DNA of 64,000 bases from a virus. Below are positions 20,400 through 28,176 of the stretch, piece after piece. How positions within the stretch are numbered: the stretch's first letter is position 1; the number at the start of each line of letters is the position of its first letter. The notes beneath the pieces are model-generated. The model was not told the DNA's origin and made no database searches. It saw nothing but the letters and a program-made list of their open reading frames with translations. The stretch is from positions 1 through 64,000 of IMG/VR virus record IMGVR_UViG_3300015371_000009; one strand, 5' to 3'. A program made the translations under genes and the position numbers.

Positions 20400-21110
20400 T
20401 CAGGATGTCGTTGTTGTTGTTGATGCTGTCGCTGCTGGTTTGGATTTCGCGCTGCGTTGCTGCGCCTTGTTGATGGCTGTCCAGGCGTGGACGATGCGAT
20501 CCATCTGCTCAGCGAACGCGGCGGTGCTTGGCCACATCTTGGCTTCCAACAAATCGGCGAGCTGCCGCGCGTGGAACGTGGCTTTCAGCCCGCTGTATCT
20601 CCGGTTGAGGTCTTGCTGATGGTCGGTCAGCGCGCGGCCGTGCAGATGATCGAGCCCGCCCTTCAGCGCGATCGGCCTGCCGTCGCTGGCTGAAGTGGCG
20701 AAGCCGCGTTCGATCTTGTCGATCTGATCAAGCGGCAGCCGCACGACTTCGGAAATCTGATTGCGCTCGTAGCCGTACTCCAGCAGACGGATGATCGCGT
20801 TGCGCACCGAATACTGGTCGAGCTGATCGCCATGTCCGACGTTCAGCCGCACGGCGTCGGCATAAAGGTCGGCCTCACTGGCGTAGGTCTTCAGTTCGAC
20901 TTCGCACTCGGTGAGGTCGAGCCGTTTGTAGGCGAGATAGCGATGACGGCCGTCGACCAGTCGGTACGTCACCGAGTCCACAGTCAACGGAGGGAATGTG
21001 GCTCCAGCTTTCGCGGCATGAACCAGCCGCGTGGTGTTGAAGTCATTGACGCCAGAGCCTCTCGGATAAATGCTGTCGTCGATGATGATCTGACTGAGAA
21101 GCATTTTCAT
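20400..21110 (-). CDS. ParB/Srx-like domain protein directly downstream of the array
   Basis: IYPR...FPPLTVD...LVDGRHRYLAY; ATG lies about 5 nt after the last array unit, whose AGGGA could be its RBS. Confidence 0.8.
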   Translation of the reverse strand: MKMLLSQIIIDDSIYPRGSGVNDFNTTRLVHAAKAGATFPPLTVDSVTYRLVDGRHRYLAYKRLDLTECEVELKTYASEADLYADAVRLNVGHGDQLDQYSVRNAIIRLLEYGYERNQISEVVRLPLDQIDKIERGFATSASDGRPIALKGGLDHLHGRALTDHQQDLNRRYSGLKATFHARQLADLLEAKMWPSTAAFAEQMDRIVHAWTAINKAQQRSAKSKPAATASTTTTTS

Positions 21111-21115
21111 TTTTC

Positions 21116-22060
21116 AATTCCCTGCCTTGCCGTGCCACGCCCCGCCGCACCCGACCGTGCCCAACCGAGCCGGGCCCTGCCGGAGCCGCAAAAAATGGAT
21201 TGGACGAATCCCTGCCTTGCCTTGCCAGACCTCGCCCCGCCACGCCCGGCCTCGCCAGACCTAGCCGCGCCCAACCCGGCCTCGCCCGAAAATTGATTGA
21301 ACGAATCCCTGCCTTGCCTCGCCGTGCCCCGCCCAGCCGAACCAGACCCGACCGCGCCGAGCCTTGGCTTGCCCAGCCGCGCCCTGCCGGACCCAACCTG
21401 AAAATTTGAAAACAATTCCCTGCCTTGCCGCGCCGCGCCAGACCCAACCGCGCCGTGCCATGCCCGGCCGCGCCTCGCCATGCCGCGCCCCGCCGTAAAA
21501 AATTGATTGATCGAATCCCTGCCTTGCCGTGCCTCGCCATAGCCGGCCGCACCTGACCAAACCCAGCCCGGCCGCACCCAGCCGCGCCTCGCCGCAAAAA
21601 ATCGATTGAACGAATCCCTGCCGTGCCACGCCGCGCCTCGCCCGACCAGGCCACGCCTCGCCAAGCCCTGCCTAATAAGGCCGTCGCAAAAATCGATTGA
21701 ACAAATCCCTGCCTTGCCCTGCCGTGCCCGGCCGCGCCTCGCCACGCCTAGCCACGGCTTGCCTGACCCCGCCGCAAAAATTGATGAACTATTCCCTGCC
21801 TCGCCTTGCCGTGCCCCGCCGCACCCGGCCAGACCGCGCCGAGCCGGACCTGACCAAGCCAAGCCTCGCCTGACCTGACCGCGCCAAAAACCTGACTGCA
21901 ATCTTTGAAAACAATTCCCTGCCTTGCCGCGCCGCGCCGCGCCTCGCCCCGCCAAGCCTTGCCAAGGCTTGCCATGCCTCGCCGTGCCTCGCCAAATTGC
22001 TGCCGTTGAAAAATTCATTTGAACTATTCCCTGCCTTGCCGTGCCTCAGCTCGCCCCGCC
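21116..22060 (-). ncRNA. array of 10 (GGY-NN)n units; putative guide RNAs
   Basis: About 141 phased pentamers, about 134 with RCC on the plus strand (GGY on minus), in 10 blocks separated by linkers like aaaaatcgattgaacgaatccct. Confidence 0.85.
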
Positions 22061-22657
22061 TCAATGAATCGCGTACTCCACGACGCGGAAGCGACCGAAA
22101 CGTGGTCGGTAATCTCCACATCCAATTCGATTTCCGGCGTCGGCCAGAATGTCGACGATCAACCGCGGGTTTTTGATCAGCTGAATGTCGTGTTCGATCG
22201 TGCACGTCGCCGACCATTGTTCGAATTTTGGTCTGGCACGCACGACACCGGCGCGCATGACGCGAACGCGGCGGCGATCGATGGCGTAACTGGTCAGCGG
22301 ACTGCCATCGACCGGATGCACGAGTGGCACCAAATCCTCGACGGCGCTGATATGAGCAAGCGCACTGCGCATTGAAGCGCGCTTGATCTTCCAGGCCGAT
22401 GCTGCAGCCAGCACCGCGCCGACAAACATTTCGCCCTTCATGCAAAGATTGCCATTTTCGTCACGATAGGTGCCGGCCTCTGCCTCAACCTCCGGCTCCG
22501 GGATGCGCGTGCCGCGCTTGGCGTCGACGTTGGCGCCAATTGATGCCGGGTTATGGGTGAGCAGCGGCTTGATGCCGACGACTCTGAAAGTCACCTTTCC
22601 GCTGATTGGCGGCTCAGTCTCCAGCTTGGTCATCGGTGGTGTGGTCACGTCGAGCAT
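22061..22657 (-). CDS. stand-alone Cas7/RAMP-like protein
   Basis: N-terminal strand FRVVGIKPLLTHN, middle RRVRV...VVRARPKFEQW, C-terminal Gly-rich loop AGNRIGCGDYRPRFGRFRV; GAGGAG RBS; stop codon abuts the array. Confidence 0.75.
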   Translation of the reverse strand: MLDVTTPPMTKLETEPPISGKVTFRVVGIKPLLTHNPASIGANVDAKRGTRIPEPEVEAEAGTYRDENGNLCMKGEMFVGAVLAAASAWKIKRASMRSALAHISAVEDLVPLVHPVDGSPLTSYAIDRRRVRVMRAGVVRARPKFEQWSATCTIEHDIQLIKNPRLIVDILADAGNRIGCGDYRPRFGRFRVVEYAIH

Positions 22658-22680
22658 TGGTTGGGTTCTCCTCGGTTTTT

Positions 22681-23634
22681 TTATGCAGCACGTTCGTCGG
22701 ATTCGTCTTTGATGGCTCGCAAAACACGGAAACTTTTTTCCGGCACGACATATTGCTTTCTGGTTTGCAGCTTGTAGGTGAGCCGCCAGCCTTGAACGAT
22801 TGCCGCCTCGGAATCCTGCAGCCGAAATTTCACTTCGGTTTCGATGGCATCGCGGCGCTTCTCAAGTTCGGCGAGTTGTTCTTTCAGCTGCTCGCGTTCG
22901 GCCAACAGAACAGGCAAATTGTTGTCGGTGCGAAGATCGGCGACCTTGCCGGGCTGCTCGCGCGGATAGATGATCGGCAACAGCGCCGCGTCGCGATCGA
23001 AGTCGAGCTTGGGCGCGCGGCCGGCGGCGATGTCCGACCAGAATTGTTCGACGGTGTCCTGGATGCGCCGCTCGGCCGCCGGGTGCCGCGGCACGACGTA
23101 GGTGTAGAGCTTGAACTGATAGCCATCGCACACCAGCGCGGCGATCAGCCCCAGCTCCACCTTCATCAGCATCATTTCCGTGAGCGCCTGCAGCGTCACC
23201 CAAGTCGGCGGCGTGTCCTCGGTCCAGCTCCGTCGAAACACATGCGGCGCGGTGGTTTTGGTTTGCAGGACGCCTTTTTTGCCGGCCGGGTCGATGACGT
23301 GGAAATCCGGCGTGCAGCCCAGCCGCAGCTTCGGCGCGCGGGCGTAGAGGTGCGCCTTGTTGATTTTCCAGCCTGGGTGCTCCTCCAGGAATGCTTGCGC
23401 GACTGCGTTCTCCAGCAGCCGGCCGCGGCGCATCGCGATCGTGTCCTCGACCTCCGGCATGGCGACGCCGGTATGTTTGGCGAACAGGCCCATCGCGGTT
23501 TCGTACGGGTGCAGGCCGAACAGCGCCGCGACCACTGACGCGGTGATGTCGCCTTCGCGCAGCGCCAACCATTGCTCACGCGTGACGATGCGATGCTTCT
23601 GGATTTGCAGACGGCGTGGCCGCGGCAATTTCAT
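22681..23634 (-). CDS. YqaJ-like viral recombinase exonuclease
   Basis: WLALREGDITASVVAALFG...RGRLLE...CTPDF...LQTKT. Confidence 0.9.
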   Translation of the reverse strand: MKLPRPRRLQIQKHRIVTREQWLALREGDITASVVAALFGLHPYETAMGLFAKHTGVAMPEVEDTIAMRRGRLLENAVAQAFLEEHPGWKINKAHLYARAPKLRLGCTPDFHVIDPAGKKGVLQTKTTAPHVFRRSWTEDTPPTWVTLQALTEMMLMKVELGLIAALVCDGYQFKLYTYVVPRHPAAERRIQDTVEQFWSDIAAGRAPKLDFDRDAALLPIIYPREQPGKVADLRTDNNLPVLLAEREQLKEQLAELEKRRDAIETEVKFRLQDSEAAIVQGWRLTYKLQTRKQYVVPEKSFRVLRAIKDESDERAA

Positions 23635-23639
23635 CGCAG

Positions 23640-24090
23640 GCTCCAGACATTTTCGTCGGAAGCTCGGCAGACCACCGTCTAGAGAACGGGTTCCAATGTC
23701 GATAGGGAGCAAAATCGGGGAGCAGGAACGCCGCACGCAGAACAAGAAGGTCGCCTAGCTCGTGTCGCGGATCATGGGCAACCTATTGCAGATGACAACA
23801 TGAAACTTGATGCAGATAATTTGCTAATGAAATGCAGATGAAAGTTCAGATACGCCGATGGCATCGGCATAATTGACATTGCAGGGTTCGAATTTTTGAT
23901 CCTTTGGATTACAAAACTAACTCTTGTGAAAATGCACATCTGCGTTTCAAATTTCGCAATGCGGCTTCGCTTGCCTAAGCCGGTCAGCGGTCGCAAGGTA
24001 AAGCTCTAAGCTGACTTTTTGCTATCGATTCAACGCCGCGCCGGGGTTCGCCCCTGCGTGCGCGGCATCCTATTACCGTCAGGGAGCACA
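23640..24090. promoter_or_regulatory. AT-rich divergent control region
   Basis: Strand switch between leftward and rightward operons; low GC; TTGACA at about 23873. Confidence 0.5.
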
Positions 24091-24093
24091 TGC

Positions 24094-24483
24094 ATGGCGC
24101 GTGCCACGGGGTCAAACCAGTTCGACGCTGAGCAGATCAGCCGGTTCCTTGATGCCATCGATCGCGAAGATGACACGCTGTTGACGCTGGCCAGCGACCA
24201 CATGGCCAAGTGCAAGGGCCCGCGGGCGCGGATTCGCGACACCATGAAAGCGGCCAAAGAGGCCGGCCTGAACATGGCGAGCTTTCGCACCGTGGTCGCC
24301 CAGCACCGCAGCGAGCGCAAGATCGAGGAAAAAATCGCCAAGCTCGAGGAGGACGATCACGCCGATTTCCTTCAGATGAAAGAGGCGCTCGGCGAATTCC
24401 TCGACACACCGTTGGGCCAGGCGGCGGTCGATCGCCATCCGGCGGCGCGCAGCGAAGACCTCGACAACTTGAGCAGCGGCTAA
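24094..24483 (+). CDS. GapR/DUF2312-like DNA-binding protein
   Basis: ISRFLDAID...IRDTMKAAKEAGLNMASFRTVV...ALG resembles the GapR pattern. Confidence 0.6.
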   Translation: MARATGSNQFDAEQISRFLDAIDREDDTLLTLASDHMAKCKGPRARIRDTMKAAKEAGLNMASFRTVVAQHRSERKIEEKIAKLEEDDHADFLQMKEALGEFLDTPLGQAAVDRHPAARSEDLDNLSSG

Positions 24484-24487
24484 GCTG

Positions 24488-24910
24488 ATGATCCCCGACG
24501 AGCGCCGACCGACGTGTCCGAGTTGCGGGCAGCTGCTGACCGCCTACCGGCTTGGCGTGCGCTTGGGCCCGCTGCGGGCGCGGCTGTTCGATTGCATCAA
24601 GCGCGCCGGGCCTGACGGTATCGCCGCCGCGGATTTGTTCGAGCTGATTTTCGCCAGCCGCAACGTCGGTCGCCAAGCGCTCAAGGCCCACGTGTGGGCG
24701 ATCAACATGCTGTTGCAGGACACCGACTGGAAGATCGGCAGCAACCGCGGCCGCGCGTACTGCCGCTACTGGATTGAACGCCGCACCATGAAAAGGGGAC
24801 ACCATGGACCAGACCACGCCCACGCGCGACCTCGACAAGGCCAGAAAATTTCGCGAACTCGCCGAAGCGCGAGTATCGGCGACGATATGGCGAATTCGGC
24901 AAATCGGTAA
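24488..24910 (+). CDS. Zn-ribbon plus winged-helix protein
   Basis: CPSCGQ; LFDCIKRAGPDGI...LKAHVWAIN. Confidence 0.55.
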   Translation: MIPDERRPTCPSCGQLLTAYRLGVRLGPLRARLFDCIKRAGPDGIAAADLFELIFASRNVGRQALKAHVWAINMLLQDTDWKIGSNRGRAYCRYWIERRTMKRGHHGPDHAHARPRQGQKISRTRRSASIGDDMANSANR

Positions 24911-25070
24911 GCTCGCCCGCCGTACCAGCTACGCCTTCAATCAAGAGCAGCTCGAGGCGATTTTCAAAGCGCTGCGCGACGAAGTCGACGCCGCCGAAAA
25001 AGCCTTCGCGCCGCCGCCGCCCAAGGAAAAGTTCGGCCGCCAGCACACGTTGTTCAAGCTGGAGGACTGA
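24804..25070 (+). CDS. hypothetical protein
   Basis: KFRELAEARV...IGKLA...Y motif; AGGGGA RBS. Confidence 0.6.
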   Translation: MDQTTPTRDLDKARKFRELAEARVSATIWRIRQIGKLARRTSYAFNQEQLEAIFKALRDEVDAAEKAFAPPPPKEKFGRQHTLFKLED

Positions 25071-25449
25071 GCCATGGCCGCGGAAGCGCTCGACCGCATG
25101 CTGGTGCGGCGCTGGGTGACGTTTGCGATGACGCTGCGCTGCGACCATTGCGGCATCGCCATGTTCGAAGACGAAGCGCCGGCCCGCAAGGCCGCCGAGT
25201 CATTGATCCGCGACGGCCAGACCGATCCGTTGATCATGCGGGAATATCACATGCTGTGCGTCGAGTGCGAAGACGATGAGGCGATCGTATGAGCGAGCTG
25301 GCCAAGGCGATCAAAAAGATTCGCGCCGACCTGGTCTGGCGCGGACCGACCGGCCGTCAGGCCGGCGTGATCGTGCTCGATCGCGCCATGGCGGAGGTGG
25401 TGCTGGAAGCGCTGGAGAAAAAGCAAAAGCAACCGGAGCCGGTCAAAGC

Positions 25450-26475
25450 ATGAATGCGGCCACGCTGTTTTCCGGAATCGGTGCGCCAGAGGTTGCCATG
25501 CCGCATTGGCGCTGGCTGTGGCATGCCGAAGTCGAGCAATTTCCGAACGCGGTGCTGTGCTTGCGGCATCCGCAATCGATCAACCTCGGAGATGTCAACG
25601 CCCATGACTTCACGCAAAGGGCCGAAGCCGTCGGACGGCCAGACATCATTGTTTTCGGAAGCCCCTGCCAGTCATTCAGCATCGCCGGAGAACGTCTTGG
25701 CCTGGATGATCCGCGCGGTAACTTGGCGCTCATCGCCCTGGGAATTGTTGACCGACTTAAACCCGCTTGGTTCGCCTTTGAGAATGTGCCCGGACTCCTG
25801 TCATCAGGAGATGGACGGGACTTTGGTGCCTTTGTCCGGACGGTGGATGAACTCGGGTATTCTGGCGCATGGGCAAGCCTGGACGCGCAATGGACCGGAG
25901 TGGCGCAGCGGCGCGAGCGTCTGTTTTTTGTCGGACACCTTGGAGACTGGCGACGTGTCGCCGCGGTACTTTTTGAGCCGGAAAGCTTGTGCGGGCATCA
26001 TCCGCCGCGCCGCCAGCCGGGGCAAGGAGCTGCCGCGGCAATTGCAGGCGGCGCTGCAGGCGGGAGCGAATGCGACGGCGTGACCGCCGACGTGGCCGAC
26101 CCGATCAGCGCCAACGAAGCCAAGACCTACACCCACGAAGGCACCAACAATTTCCGCATGCACAATTTGGTGTTCGGCGGCAACAACACCGTCGGGCCGA
26201 TTGACGTGGCGACGGCTTGTCGCGCCAAGGGCGGCAGCGGCCATTTCGATTTCGAAAGCGAGAGCTTTGTCGCCACGGTCGGCACCGGCATGGTGCGGCG
26301 GCTGACGCCGCGCGAGTGCGAGCGGCTGCAGGGCTTCCCCGACGATTACACGCTGGTGAATTATCGCGGCCGGCCGGTTTCCGACGGCCCGCGCTACAAG
26401 GCGCTGGGCAATTCGATGGCGGTGCCGGTGGTGCGCTGGATACTCAGCCGGATCGAAGCGGTGGAGCAATTATGA
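25450..26475 (+). CDS. DNA cytosine-5 methyltransferase
   Basis: LFSGIG, GSPCQSFS, FENVPG, QRRERLF, RRLTPRECERLQGFPD, GNS motifs. Confidence 0.95.
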   Translation: MNAATLFSGIGAPEVAMPHWRWLWHAEVEQFPNAVLCLRHPQSINLGDVNAHDFTQRAEAVGRPDIIVFGSPCQSFSIAGERLGLDDPRGNLALIALGIVDRLKPAWFAFENVPGLLSSGDGRDFGAFVRTVDELGYSGAWASLDAQWTGVAQRRERLFFVGHLGDWRRVAAVLFEPESLCGHHPPRRQPGQGAAAAIAGGAAGGSECDGVTADVADPISANEAKTYTHEGTNNFRMHNLVFGGNNTVGPIDVATACRAKGGSGHFDFESESFVATVGTGMVRRLTPRECERLQGFPDDYTLVNYRGRPVSDGPRYKALGNSMAVPVVRWILSRIEAVEQL

Positions 26476-26492
26476 AACGCTCTGCCGCAGCA

Positions 26493-27578
26493 TCAGCTCC
26501 CGGTGTGCGCCGCGCGGCGCAGCACCTCATCGATCATTTCCTCGGTCGCCATGTCGGCGTCGGATATGTCGATGCCAAGCTCGCGGGCGAAGATGTGAAA
26601 GGCTTCCTCCGCCGCGGCTTGCCGATCGGAGCCCCAGTCATCGCCGCCGTCGCGCTCGCGATTGCCGGGCGGAAAGATCGGCTGGGGGCGCGCCGCCTCG
26701 GCGAGCGCGTGCAGCTTTTTGCGCTGTTCGTCGGTCATGGTTCAGCTCCCGGCGCGCGCCGCGCGGTCGACAACGGCCTCGGTGTTGTAGGGATATTTCT
26801 TGATGAACGCGGGAATGTCGTGCTCGGCCTCGCCGGCAAGCCTGATGATGCCCTTGAGGTCCTTGGCCTCGGTGCAAGCAACCTCGCAGAATTCGGCATC
26901 GTAGACGCCGATCATGTACGGCTCATCGAGCCGCTCGCCCAGCTCGACGCCGTCAAGAACGGTGATCCAAACACAATAGCCGTTGATGACGCGCTCCCAG
27001 GCAAGGCAGCCGCCGCCGGTGTGGCGCACTTCAAAGCCGGCGCGCGTCATGCGCTTGCCGACCGTGCTGCGGTAGGCCGCGGCCTCGGTCCGCTCCAGCC
27101 AATTGAAAAACCGATCGGTGTCGCTTGTCATGATTCAGCGCTCCACGATGTCCCAGCGCCGGCAGAAGTCCCGCAGCCACGCGTGCTGCGCCTCGGTCAG
27201 GCTTTCGTCGAACAGATGTTCGTCGGCGGAGCCCAAGTTGAGGCCCTGCGATTCGTTCCATTGCTGATATTCGTCGATCAGCGAATCCAGCGCCTTATCG
27301 TCGGCGTAGCCGGCCGACATGGCGAAATCAAAAAGCTCGCGCTCCAGTTTTTCCAGGTCATCGCTGATCCATTCGTCGCGGCCGATCATCAGATACCACT
27401 GGCCGCGGGCGCGGGCGTTGTTCGGCCAATCCGGCCGCACCTCTTCGATGTAGAGCGCGCCGAGATAGAGCAAGCCGCTGGCCGGCGATTTGTCCTCTTC
27501 CCATCGTGCATCATCGAGCGCTTTGCCCAGGTCGGCGCATGGCCGGCGGGTTGCCTGAAACTGTTCGAACGTCATCAT
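26493..27578 (-). other. three-gene reverse-oriented cassette (27135-27578, 26742-27131, 26493-26738), hypothetical proteins
   Basis: Closely spaced ORFs with their own promoter, opposite to the flanking operon. Confidence 0.65.
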
Positions 27579-27597
27579 CGATTTCTCCTCTCCGCTC

Positions 27598-27627
27598 TAT
27601 ATAGGTCATTCTGGCCGCTGCGTCAAG
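27598..27627 (-). promoter_or_regulatory. sigma70 promoter with shared operator
   Basis: Minus strand cttgacg-cagc-ggccagaatgacc-tatata, then RBS gaggag. Confidence 0.75.
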
Positions 27628-27660
27628 CTGCCGAAATCGCCGGTATTTCAGGGGGTTGCC

Positions 27661-28176
27661 ATGTATGACGGGCCGACCCCGATCGTGGTCACTCTGACCT
27701 ATGCGCAAATCAGCATGGCCGCGCACGTGGCGGTGATGCGCTTGACCAGCAACATGAAAGCCGGCCGCAAGCCGCGCAACGGCGCCAGCCGGATATGGGA
27801 CATGGACGTCAACGGCGCCTGCGGCGAGCTGGCGACGGCGCTCTGGCTCAATCTGTTCTGGTGCGGCGCGCTGAACAATTTCGAGGCGCGCGATGTCGGT
27901 GGCCTGATCGACGTGCGGGCCGGCTCGAAAGCCGACTACCGGCTGATCCTGCACGACGATGATCCGGATGACGTGCCGTTCGTCAACGCCTGGGTCGAGC
28001 TGCCGATCGTCAAGCTGGCCGGCTGGGCGTTTGCGCATGAAGGCAAGCGTCGCGAGTTCTGGCAGGACCCGCTGGGTTTTCGGCCGGCGTATTTCATGCC
28101 GAACAAGTTGCTCCACCCAATGGCAGAGCTGCGCCAGTGGGTGGAGCGCGTGGGGGTGATGGAGGTCAGCACATGA
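27661..28176 (+). CDS. hypothetical protein, possibly restriction-endonuclease-like fold
   Basis: GACGE...DVGG..IDVR pattern. Confidence 0.55.
   Translation: MYDGPTPIVVTLTYAQISMAAHVAVMRLTSNMKAGRKPRNGASRIWDMDVNGACGELATALWLNLFWCGALNNFEARDVGGLIDVRAGSKADYRLILHDDDPDDVPFVNAWVELPIVKLAGWAFAHEGKRREFWQDPLGFRPAYFMPNKLLHPMAELRQWVERVGVMEVST

Noticed and set aside
21116-22060. Canonical CRISPR array or simple microsatellite
   Set aside because: There are no identical 25-40 bp repeats with unique spacers; the linkers are degenerate and the variable part is itself phased. The NN variation is too high for a slippage repeat.
21116-22060. Self-targets of the decoded guides within this window
   Set aside because: Only partial peptide-level resemblances were seen by eye (AYLDR at about 1180, GKVY at about 2820). 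They do not extend, and an exhaustive search could not be done.
21043-22445. ORFs over the array (21107-22018, 21043-21654, 21789-22445 and others)
   Set aside because: Low-complexity ARRG/GxARQG translations arise in several frames from the 5-nt periodicity; periodicity of 5 rather than 3 argues against coding.
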